This document shows, piece by piece, positions 48,137-58,774 of a stretch of 64,000 bases of DNA. The notes under the pieces are model-generated. The model had not been told where the DNA came from. It searched no databases and saw only the letters and a program-made list of their open reading frames with translations. The position numbers and the translations under genes were made by a program. Source of the stretch: Oikopleura dioica (Eukaryota > Animalia > Chordata); the NCBI GenBank assembly GCA_907165135.1, contig OU015566.1, positions 4,154,001 through 4,218,000 of the forward strand. The letters are read 5' to 3'. Numbering within the stretch: position 1 is the stretch's first letter; each line of letters starts with the position of its first letter.

Positions 48137-48872
48137 ATGATCGGCTCAAGTTTTCTTGGTAAGTACTTTGGGGACACGCGGCTCAAACATCCATTTGCGG
48201 CGATTATTAGCGGAAGTACGGGCACAGGCAAGACCCACGTAGCTAAACAGCTCATTGAAAAAGAGGGCATAAGGGGAAGAATTTCGACCATTTATTACTT
48301 TATGCCCCGCCTGGAGCCTTTGAACATTAAACCCCCAGCCCATCAGCGATTATTTTTGATGGAAGGTCTCCCCACTAGAAAATGGGTTGATGACACGTTT
48401 AAAGAGACCCAGCGCGACACTCTGATTATTTTCGACGATCAGTGGGCAGAGTGCGTTGAAAACCGGGCAATCGAATATCTCTTTGTTTATGGGAGACGCC
48501 ATCTGGGGATTAGTTTAATTGGCATCACCCAAAATTTTTATCAAAAGTCGAAAAGCTCCACCCTCTATCGGTTTGAATTTTCTAGAATTGCCTCAACTAA
48601 TTGTTTATTTTAGCAATTGCATGACATGCTTTGTCTTGCTGCCGAATCATGTAGACTCGTCAATCAACGCCACCATCGCCACCAAGCTCGGCTACAGCGC
48701 CTGCTACAAAGCCGCCCGAAAGCTCTTCAAAGAACGTCGATGCCGGTACCAGTACGTTATAATTAGAAAAGACGTAGAAGATCCGACGACGCCGACCTTT
48801 TATACAAACGCCTTTTCTGACATTCCCGAGTTGGGGCCAAACCCCGTCTTCTTTGAAGAAAACGACGAGTAA
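48137..48872 (+). CDS. A32/FtsK-HerA-like packaging ATPase (230 aa); 2 exons
   Basis: Walker A GSTGTGKT, Walker B LIIFDD, GRRHLGISLIGITQ; the 43-nt intron 48571-48613 restores LYRNC. Confidence 0.93.
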
Positions 48873-49116
48873 CTATACGATTCGGCATTCATTTGTAACA
48901 CTCTTTTTCTACACTCAACCGCTTTATCTACTTTCAACCGCAAAACAACAAAAAAGAATAAATGTTTTTATACAAAATTAGAAATTGTATTTGGTTTTTT
49001 GCAGAAATACAGTAGCGAGTTTGGCAAAGTGACAATGACAGTAAACAATGCAGGCCAGCAAGCCAACAAAGTTTAAAATCGTATCAGCAGAGCAAAACTC
49101 GGCACACGGAGCGGGT

Positions 49117-49829
49117 CTAAAAATTGCGACCGCAAATATCAAGGACGCGGCCATTGGCCGATCGGATCAAAATTTTGACCCGCTCCGCGCGCAGATCGTT
49201 GACAAGGCGATGCTCTTGGGTCTCTTCGGCGTCGAGGATGTCGCACATTTCCTTGGCGAAGGCGGCGCGCTCGAGGACGGTGTTGGCCTGGGTGAGGCGG
49301 AGGAATCGAAGGTTGTCTAAATAAAAGTTAGTTGAGCATTTTTTCGAGCTACTCTTACCTTCGAAAATAGAAGCGCCGTCGATGCAGTAGCTCAGCTGGT
49401 CAGCGTCCACGTCGACAAAGTTGACGCCATTTGGCGCGCGAGTGGGATACTTGGGCGCGGGAGGAGCCAACGGAACTCGCTGAGGCTGGGCCTCTTGGTA
49501 GGTGCGCTGGTTTTCCTGCTGTCGCTGCTGCTGTCGCTGTGGCTGGGGCTGCTGCTCGCCCTTTTTCTTGCCGCCAAAGAAGGACATCTTTCCTCGGCCA
49601 ACTTCGGGAGCTTCAGCGGGCTGGGAGAGCATTCTCGAGGCAGCTGCCAACTTGGCGCTTGCTCGTGCCAAAGATTTGGCGAGGTTGGTTCGCTTGGCCG
49701 CCGTTGTCTAAACAAATTTGTTCTAGAATTGTTTTTTCAACACTGCAGCAAGCTACAGTCGAAGCAAGCTACTAGCCACAGTCGCAGCAAGCTTCACTTG
49801 CGAAAATTTCGACTCACCTGCTTGGTCAT
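49117..49829 (-). CDS. Viral orphan (~190 aa), basic/Gln-rich N-terminus; 3 exons
   Basis: MTKQ|GTGAGT...TTTAG joins ORF 49117-49671, which contains a further in-frame 42-nt GTAAGA-TTTAG intron. Confidence 0.6.
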
Positions 49830-49983
49830 TTCAAAAAAGTAAAAATTGATCCTTGCTGTAGGGTTGCAAAAACCAAACTGAGCATTTTTTTGCATTTTTC
49901 ACACTCGCCAGGGGCAGTTCTAGAGAAATTTATTCAATTTTTTTATTGAAAACAACAATAACAAACAGGGTGCAGAGTGGGTT

Positions 49984-51345
49984 CTAGAGATTTTTAATTT
50001 TCTTCTTGGACGACGACGGGGCGCAGAGTTTCTTCGACTTGGCGACCGTTGAGCAGTGGATCGGCGGCTTGTCCTTGCGGCGGCAAAATTGGAACTGGCA
50101 TTCTATTTGCGCCAAGAATGAATCTCGGTCGTCCAAAAGATTGGACCTGAAAATTTTCAAAGGGCACATCGTTTGTGCGCGTACGAACCCGGTCAATAAA
50201 GATTCGATGGGGATTAATGTCGGCGCGGATGATTCGAGGAAAGACGGGATTGTAGAAGCTGTTGCGAAAATCTTGGACGAGCGAGGCGTTTCCATTGTTG
50301 CCAGTGACAAAGAGCACACCGTTCCAGGGAATTTTTTCGCGGCAACATTTGACGCGAAAAGGTGAAACCGCGTAGTCGAATTCAACATCTCCACCGCCAC
50401 CAGTAGTTGCAACATAGAGCTCACGTCTGCGCCGGCGCTCGGCATCGAGGCGACCAATGTAATCCTCGAGGCGATCTGCGGTGAAAGCACAACAGCCGAT
50501 TTTTTGCTGGCGAAGTTTCACTGTTTTTACGCTTTCGGTGAACCTTCGCAAATCGTAATCGGTCATTTTTTCTAGCTCGTACTGCTCAATCGGAAGAAAT
50601 TGGCCAAGGATGCGGCGGACTTGATCGTTGGCGGTCTCTTGGTCAAAAGTTTTGTCCTTGTAAAAGCGGTCACGCAGCGTAGTTTCAGCAAACAACACCA
50701 GAGTCGAGTTGAAAAGCTTGTTCGAATAGCCGCTGAATCGCTTTCGCATGTCGTGAAAATAGGTTTCGTAGCGCGGGTACTGAACGCGATTGTAGGGCAT
50801 TGAAAATTTTTGATTTTTCAGCGAGTCGGCGTCGCGAGAGTATTCAATTTCGTAGGAGCGGCAAGTGTACTCGTTGTTGCTATCAGTCGTGTGCATCATT
50901 GTGGGGCGATTCGAGTTGAGCAGCGGGCCACTTTTTCGAAGTCCTCCTTGAGCAATGTCGACAACGGGAATCAGACATCTTTGGCCCTTGGTCGAGTAGG
51001 TTTCCGGATCAACTAGAATTTATTAGAAGGTGAGAGAACATTTCAACATACCGGTGACACGATGAACTACAATTTTGAGCCCAATTTTTTCGACGCCATT
51101 TTCCCTGTATCTCTGAGGAATAAATTCAAAACTTTCGTCGCTGGGAACTCCGCAAACTCGAGTCGGGCGAACTTCGATTGATCGGAATTCGTCTTCATAG
51201 TTGACGCCGATCAACGGTACTTGGTTCAGGCTAATCTTTGAGGCAATTTCCACCTTTTTCATGGGCATTTTTAAATGTGACAATTGAGTCCAAAATTCCA
51301 CCCAGTCCAGCTCCACCAGTGCTCCTCCACTCGATATCCATATGC
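49984..51345 (-). CDS. Candidate minor capsid protein (penton), more than 420 aa, at least 3 exons; 5' end unresolved
   Basis: Introns 51051-51013 and 50543-50507 join three ORFs in frame; beta-rich ends (VELDWVEF; FHLFASNV...IECQFQFCRRK) resemble Polinton pentons. Confidence 0.6.
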
Positions 51346-51478
51346 CGAGATCAATTATTCAGTCCAACGGTATTCCGCTCAATCGAAATCTACTGATAAA
51401 CGGTTCAAAGGATACAGCACGTCAGAGAGAGATCATTCATCGGCAAGAGAAGACATCATTCATCAGCCAGAGAACAAA

Positions 51479-51631
51479 ATGCCAAAACGAAACTTTAAAA
51501 AGTCTTTTCTTGGAGTCGACGGCAGCGTCTACTGCTACGAGTGCTACTTGGAAAATCGACCTCACGCTCACCTCATGTTCAAGCCCTACATCTTTTGCTC
51601 CATTTGCAAAGCCGAGTTGACTTGGAGTTAA
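51479..51631 (+). CDS. 50-aa C4 zinc-ribbon-like peptide
   Basis: AAAATG start; CYEC-x17-CSIC. Confidence 0.5.
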   Translation: MPKRNFKKSFLGVDGSVYCYECYLENRPHAHLMFKPYIFCSICKAELTWS

Positions 51632-51900
51632 AGTCTCGCAGCCAGCGTGCCAGTTTGGCGCAGGTAGGAAAACCTAAATCAAGGTCTTAGTGGTCCCTCG
51701 AGTTCGATTCTCGCCAGTGACCAAGCTCTTTCGGGGGCGAAACGAGAATCAAAGCTTATTCCGGCGGCTATTACGGCGGCCGTACAGAGCACCAGGAAAT
51801 AGCTGACACCTCAGCTCAAGCTACCCGCAAGGAGGAGGAGGAAACCGGAGTTGGAGGCGCGGTAGACAATCAAAAACCACCAAACTTTTTTTCATTTTTT

Positions 51901-52050
51901 ATTGCACTAGAATAACAATTGCACTTGAATAAGAATTGCACTAGAATAAGAATTGCACATGAATTTAGAATTGCACTAGAATGGCACGTGGGAAATTGCA
52001 CTATAGGACACGTGGGAAAAGAGTAGGCGGGAAATTAGTAGGCGGGGATT
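51901..52050 (+). repeat. ~6 x 17-bp AATTGCACTAGAATAAG-type repeats plus CACGTGGGAAA and TAGGCGGGA repeats
   Basis: Directly visible near the right TIR. Confidence 0.7.
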
Positions 52051-52074
52051 AGTCAGCAAGCACGTGGACGACAA

Positions 52075-52287
52075 TCAAAAGAGAACAGAGATGGTGCTGC
52101 CAAAGGCGTTATTGATGGCAGCTTTGCTTCCGTAGCTGACCGTGTAGTCGACGATATTTTTTTCTTGCTGCTTGCAGATGATCTTGAGCTTCCTGCGCAG
52201 TCGCTGGCTCTTGGTTCGCAAAAACGGCACATTTTTCTTTTGGAGGGTTTTTCCAATCTTTTTCGTAAAGCCCTTGAGAGAAAACAT
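52075..52287 (-). CDS. 70-aa basic viral peptide
   Basis: ATG-initiated, Lys/Arg-rich ORF just inside the right TIR. Confidence 0.45.
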   Translation of the reverse strand: MFSLKGFTKKIGKTLQKKNVPFLRTKSQRLRRKLKIICKQQEKNIVDYTVSYGSKAAINNAFGSTISVLF

Positions 52288-52574
52288 TATTCAGTTGCTG
52301 TAGATATTGATTTTAAATGACAACTAGAAAATTGGAGCGCATTTATACCTACCTCGGTTTCTAGCGCCAATTTTTCACGCCTTGTGTTATTGGAATTTGA
52401 TTTAATCAATTTAGATTGGACCGCAATCGAAGCATCATCTACATCCAGCATCTACATCTTCCGCCAGCTGTGCCACCATCGTCCTGCAATAAAGCCTTCT
52501 TCCGCGAAAATGGGTGCAACTTGTCGTTATTTATGCAGATAAGATCTTTTGAAATTTAAAATTTCACGCCCCAG

Positions 52575-52913
52575 GATTCTAGAGCCTAGCGGCCACTTTT
52601 ATTGACCACTCGTTTTTATTGACCACTTTATTTTTTATCGAACGATTTATTTTATTGACCACTTAATTGACCACTCGAGTAAAATGTCTGGCTAGAGCCT
52701 GGCTGCAAATCGCCCAAAACTGCACCGAGTCCAAACGGCCTGCCGTACGGCCTGCCCACCCTAGTCAAAGTCTGAATATTTTCCAAGTATTTGCCCCGGG
52801 GTCCCCATATGTCGAGCGCGCAAAATCCACCCTTTTTTTCACTTTTTTCATTTTGGACTCGGCGCGGCGAAAGGGCGGCCTGCAGCTAAGCCCTAGCCAG
52901 ACATTATACTACT
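52575..52913 (-). repeat. Right terminal inverted repeat (~339 bp)
   Basis: Ends in ...CATTATACTACT; reverse complement of 17501-17843. Confidence 0.95.
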
Positions 52914-52983
52914 CCGGCCAATCAGCAGCCGAGTAGCCGCCCACGCAAAATTTGTCGAATATTTTTTTTCGGTTCCAGACACC
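52914..52983. mobile_element. Right TSD (CCGGCC, 52914-52919) and right half of the split MITE
   Basis: Matches the reverse complement of the first ~70 bp of the intact MITE (from 14754). Confidence 0.9.
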
Positions 52984-52985
52984 AC

Positions 52986-54480
52986 CCCAGAAAAGGAAGT
53001 GATTCTCAGATTCCGGGTTTTCATTGGCCGGTAGGTCAAATCCAGCAATCTTATTGGTCTTTCAAAAGTACACTTCTTTTCCTTCGTTTGTGCCCAAAAA
53101 ATGCATTCCCTGATTAACTGAAGTAGGAATTTGAAACGAATGATTGAACTTTATTTGTGTTTAGTTACAGGCACTTGAAAAAATATAAATACAGAAAAAA
53201 TGAATAACCAAGCAAAAATCTTCATCGGCCATATTTGTATCCTTCTTGCCACGGCATTCTTTCCCTGAAAAATAATTGTCAAAACTAAAGTTAGATCTCG
53301 TCAGCTTAAATTCCATTTCCTTGTGATTTTAACCCCCATTGAGGTAGGTGAGGTATAAACGGAATTGGCGCCGTTGTCTTACGTGAAAATTCTGTTGGTT
53401 CCGCCACCTGGCCGGTGATTCACATTGTCCAAAGTTCCACACTTGGATCGAGTTTGTTTCGGCCGGAATCGCCAGTTCGGAAGCTGCTCGAATTCTTCAT
53501 TGTCTACTTTTATGGTCTCGAAATCATTTCCCTTTTCATGTGGCTTGTCAAACAGATTCTCTTCCATGATTTCAAGACCACTTTCTTCGTCTTTTGACAT
53601 TCTATCTCGTCGCGGGCCGTAAATTACTTTTGTCTGAATCAATAAAAAGTAGCGAGTTTATAATTGCGGAAAGATTAATTACCCTACTGGAGATGGAATT
53701 TGGCGCATTAAATCGATATTTGATCTCGTTAATGTCTTTGTCTCCTCCGCCCGGAACGTGATCGAAATTATCTATGAAGATGTTTATATGAATTAAGGAC
53801 CCCTCCGTCAAATGGAAAGAACTTTTTCAAACTTTGATTTCGGAGTGATACCCTTAAGATTTTCGATAATTTAAAAGATCGGACTTTTAAAATATTGATG
53901 GTTGGCTAACCCTAACCCTAACCCTAACCCTAACCCTAACCCTAACCCTAACCCTAACCCTAACCCTAACCCTAACCCTAACCCTAACCCTAACCCTAAC
54001 CCTAACCCTAACCCTAACCCTAGCCCTAACCCTAACCCCAAATATATCACAATAAAAGAGTACCTAAAGAGCCAATTTTCGACTGAATTGGTTGATCCGT
54101 CCATTTTGTCGGCCCCATTTGGAAAATTTCTTCGTGACTTCGGATCGAAAGAGGATGAACAGCGGAAAAGCGAGAGTTCGACATTCGGGAGCCACGAGAC
54201 CATCGGTCTGGCGACGACCTGCCGGAAAATTGATTTGTTCTTTTCACGGGTTCGAAATGGAAAAAAAGATTCTCTTCCATGATTTTCTTTATCTTTTTGA
54301 ATTTTGAAAACCGTGTCCCATAGCCGGAACTGTCGATCGAGTTCGACAGTCGCGAATAGTTCATTGCTCTTGATCTGCGGAAGCGTTTTGGCAGATACGC
54401 GTCCTCTGCATAACTGGAGCCGTAATCCATTCGCTGGCGCACTGCATAAGCTCGTAATGCTGATGCTCTGTTTACCTGAA
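52986..54480 (-). CDS. Probable 5' exons of the host gene interrupted by the MITE/Polinton; product unknown
   Basis: Several short GT-AG-bounded open exons (53117-52986, ~53265-53210, 53379-53642, 53602-53811, 54060-54230). Confidence 0.4.
53906..54038. repeat. Interstitial telomeric repeat (CCCTAA)x~22
   Basis: Near-perfect hexamer run with one CCCTAG variant. Confidence 0.95.
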
Positions 54481-54530
54481 AATCGATTCAAGATGTTTCC
54501 GTGATTCTCGTTTCTGATTGGCTTAATTGG

Positions 54531-54694
54531 ATGAAATGATGAAAGTTTTAATCGAGTCGAAAATTGAGAAGCCGCTTGCGGCTTCGAGTAAAAAAGAGGA
54601 AAAAGCCGCGCTTCGCGCGGCTTCAGTTCTTTCTTACTCGAAGCCGCAAGCGGCTTCTCAATTTTCGGTTCGATTAACACTTTCTTCATTTCAT
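54531..54694. repeat. ~165-bp fold-back element with nested hairpins (MITE-like)
   Basis: ~67-bp arms, each containing GAAGCCGCTTGCGGCTTC, around a central AAGCCGCGCTTCGCGCGGCTT hairpin. Confidence 0.8.
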
Positions 54695-57600
54695 CAAAAA
54701 AGCCACGAAGAAATGAAAATCGCGGTATATTATTTTGATTCTTACCGGAGGACCTTGCATAGATCGCTGACGTTTGGTTATTTCGGGCCCTGGCGAAATC
54801 GCTTAAGAGAGTTTTTAAAGATCGTTTTTCACATGATTACAGTATCAAATTTGAAATACCGTCGGAGCTAGAGTTAATCGGAGGTAGTCGGAACGCCGAC
54901 GGTTCAGTCTCGAGCGGGTCCACTGTAAGTTCGCCGGCTTAATTGGAATCCACATTTTTGCCGGCGCTCAATTATCAGTATTCGGTTACAGGGTGGTTAC
55001 TGTCACGCGGAGGGAGTGTTAAGAAAGCTGACTTTTCATGTTGAAAGAGGAGCTACAGTAATCGAAAGTCAGAGTCGAATTGATGTCTCGGACTGTTGTT
55101 TATACGCCATTGTACTTGTTAAAAAGCTGCTTGAAGCTAGAACTTAATAGAATGGGCTAAGCGCCTGTCTCACAAAAGCTTGTTTGCAAAAGCATAAGTG
55201 CCTAGCGAAAATAATTAGCTACTGCTATGACGTCCAAGAAAACAGGAAAATTGGCTCAAAAACCTGAGAAGAAACCTGACTCAGGGTTCTAAAAAGCTTC
55301 AATTAGACCCTGACTCAGGTTTTTTCCTGAGTCAGAAATCATGAAAGTTGAGATGTCACGTGATTTTTCGATCACTTTTTTCAGCTACAAGTTTAATCCG
55401 CCCGAGCAGATGAAATCTGGCGTCTGCGGTTGGATTTAATTGAGTTCGGCGCGCTACTGTTAGTCTATTTTCTATTTTCTCAGGTGGCAGTGGTGAGCTA
55501 CCTCGAAGCTTAACGATAAAGATCCCGGCTTTTTTACGCGGAAGAGCGGCTTGGTCGGTGGAATGGATCGTCGCTTCCGAATCACTAAAATTGAAATTGA
55601 CATTAAAATTGCCCAGATGTTTTCTGAAAGAAATGTCATTTTCTGTCAGAACAGAAGCAAAAAAATGTCTTTCGAAAAACGCCTGTGTAATCAAAAAGCG
55701 AATAAATTGGCTACTGCCAGTAGTTGCCATGAGGATGGGAGAGTAAATGTTTATGAAGCGACTTCTGATAGAGCTCCTAATCGACGCAATTAAACAATTT
55801 TCGACTCCCGTATTGGCCCAATTCGGACAGTATCAGACAATTCCAAACTATGTTTTTCTTGATCGCTATCAGGAGCTGTCAGTCATTTTGAGAAGTACTT
55901 GACAGTACATACATAGTTCCGAAGGCAAATTTTTGCTTTCAGATGAAACATTTTGACACTTTCCCTCTCAAATTTTGAGTCAGAATTATACTTTTTCTTC
56001 TCGTAAATAAGGCTAAACATAATTTTTTTGATTTCATCGATAAAATATTGAGCGATTATGGCTCGAATCGACCAATTATTTTCGAGTCGAAATTTTCGAC
56101 AAAAATTCGATTTTTTGAGACGAATTCTTCTCGAGTCGCATTTGTCGAAAATTTGCCCAAAATTAAAGTCAAAATTGTCAGGTTTTTTTTTTGCCCAAAT
56201 TTGTCCATTTTTATAAAGAGGCCAATTTTTTTCCTTTATCAACTAAAGTTTTATAATTCTAAAATTTTAAAACCTGTTCAGCAAGACTGAAGATTTTCTG
56301 CTGAGAACCACTCTTCTCGAAGAATCATGAACTGGTTCCTCCATTTTCTTTTTCTTTCTCTCTCTTTTCTTCTTGAGGGTTTCTGAAAAAGGCGTCGATT
56401 CTTTTTGGTTGTTTGCGCTTGAATGTTGGCGACTTTGGAGTGCACAGTGGCGCAGCAATAATGCAGAAGAGCGCGCTCGCTTCCCACACTTCATCCGCTA
56501 GATGCTTTGTACCCAACGACGACAATAGAACAACGACCACAAATCCAAGCCAACGACATCAATTCACTCATGTTCTCAAAAATCTTAATTTTCAGGAAGA
56601 AAAAAAGGATTTTTTTTCAAACGCACTTTGCCATGAAATTTCCAAAATAAAAAAAAAAATTGAAAAAACCATAAGTTTATTCAAAATTTGATCTACAAAT
56701 ATTTTTTATGACACGAACAATTCGAAGACAAATTACTAAGTAAGCAACGATATCGTTTTTCGACGTCATGAGTAGAAAGTTTAACTGACTAAAACACTTT
56801 CTTTCACCAGTTTCTTTCACCAAACATTGATCTGGCATCAATTTTGGCGAAAAAAGCAGACGACTGATTTGATTCAATAATCCCGAGTTCAATATCCGAT
56901 TTTTCTTACGAAAGCAGCGCGCGAACTCGTGGTAGTTATGACGCAGGCTGAATGATAAAAGCTAAGAAGTCGGTGCTCCGATTTCAATTATTAAATTTAT
57001 TCTATTTTTGCTCTTCTCAATCTCATAAGGTCGTTTTTTCATCAGAGAATCGAGAATGGTTTCAATTAGAGAGAAACTCTTCTTGAAGTTGTTAGCCAAA
57101 TATGGGTAAGGGAAGAATGGCAGTCAAGATAGAAGACATCATTTCACATAACACTAATCATTCTCTTAACATTGAAGACTTGGTTTCACTCTTTTTCTAT
57201 TCAAAAAATATCTATTTTTGATCTTTAAAATAGTCTTATGGGTTTTAGAAAAATAACAATAGAAGCGAGGTATTCTGATAAAAAATTCTAGTTTCGATCA
57301 AAAAAGCGTGATAAGAGTCGTTTTTATCGTTACTTCGGTTGGGTTTCATGTTATTAGTACCAAATTATTGCCCAAAAGCCCCTACTTTTTGACATAAATC
57401 CGTCACTGAGTAGATAATTCTGACAATATCAGTCGCGTAACACAGTTTTCTGGACATTTTTTCATAATGTCTTTCCCTCGAAAGAGAATCGACAGTTGCC
57501 ATTTTAGTTCGTATCTATTGATTCTAACAGTAATTTGAGGCGACAGAAGGGACTGCAAACGTCTGAGATCAGAACACTTCTGCACGGGCTGGGCAGTCAC

Positions 57601-58089
57601 CATGGCAATTATGTGGCCGGACGCGGTCGACATCCGCCCTATCTTTTTCGGCGCTCTGCTTCTCCAACTGTAAGGCCTCTTTTTCCATTTTAAAGCTCAT
57701 TTTTTCAATAGCAAAAGTCGTGTTTGATGAAAATGCCCCTGGAACGAGTCCTTCGACGAGGACGCCGATTACAACTGGATTTCCGGAACCTGCTTTGAAG
57801 GCTACTGCTTTGATTTTCAATCAGAAAACTTCGAATTGAGCTCGTACTGCCAGAATTAAATAAGAAAAATAAAATTCGAGCGCTTTGCTGAGAAATTTAA
57901 TCGGACGAGTTCTTAGTTTATTTATGATTCAGTTTTCAAGTTGATCAACCTGCTTTGTCAAATATTGAATATAAATAATTGCCAGGTTGAGGATTTCTTT
58001 TTCGGATGAAGAGTCGGTGAGAAGTCGGGAATTTATGATCTTTTTAGGTTTCAAAACAGTAAAAATTATTTATTATTCTTTTGCTAGAT

Positions 58090-58410
58090 TCGTGAGTCAC
58101 GAATCGTGACAGACAAGAAGTCTTTCTAAGAAAGTCACGATAATTGTAACACAATTATGAAAAAAGTTGGATATAAAGACGATAGAATCACGATCGTTAT
58201 CGTCAAAAAGGTCACGAATTCTGTCACGATTTTTTGTCACGACAATTTTCTTTGAGTCAAATAGCCTTTTTGAAATAGGTTTTTAAATTCGTGGGAGTTT
58301 TCGCTACAGATTTTCATTTTTTACCTAATTTGTCACGATTCGTATTTTTATCGTATTTTCTTTCTTTTTCGTATTCTTCTTGCACATTTTTTTATTTCCT
58401 TAAAATCGTG
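58090..58410. repeat. Dispersed GTCACGA/TCGTGAC repeats in both orientations (degenerate MITE-like)
   Basis: About 9 copies in ~320 bp. Confidence 0.5.
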
Positions 58411-58774
58411 ACAAGTTCAAGGCAGATTTTTATGTCTACAAATCAGCATTTTGATTTCAAATTTTGAAACTTCCCGAACGCAACACCTGAAATTTTCTGG
58501 AAATCTCTCTATTATCACTAGACTCGATAAAAGAAGCCATCTTTTCTGCGTTTTTTTTCAATTACTTTTCTGAGCTCTTAAATGAGCAGATGCGTGTCGC
58601 CCGAAACGAAGAAATGCAGCTGGCGATCGATTTTGGAGCACATTCTTTTTGGCCCTGCCCTTGCCAAAAGAGCTGAGTATCGTCTAATTACAGCGCCCCT
58701 TAATTTTTCATAAGGGGATCAGCGAGCGTCAGAGTTTTGGAAAAATAGAATTTATTGAAGAAAAAAATTTCTGG

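Larger units (their letters stand above)
17501..52913. mobile_element. Complete Polinton/Maverick (endogenous polinton-like virus), 35,413 bp
   Basis: 5'-AGTAGT...ACTACT-3' ends, ~340-bp TIRs, 6-bp TSD; encodes pPolB, DDE integrase, A32-like ATPase and capsid-like proteins. Confidence 0.97.

Noticed and set aside
49994-50506. C-terminal half of the 301-aa ORF
   Set aside because: The alternative frame reached through the 37-nt intron 50543-50507 is more penton-like; the unspliced tail is probably off-frame.
53871-54689. 272-aa GL-repeat ORF and 126-aa NP-repeat ORF
   Set aside because: Translations of the telomeric hexamer and the fold-back element.
55255-55340. CCTGACTCAGG palindromes (AP-1-like)
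   Set aside because: Too short to separate a MITE remnant from a regulatory site or chance.
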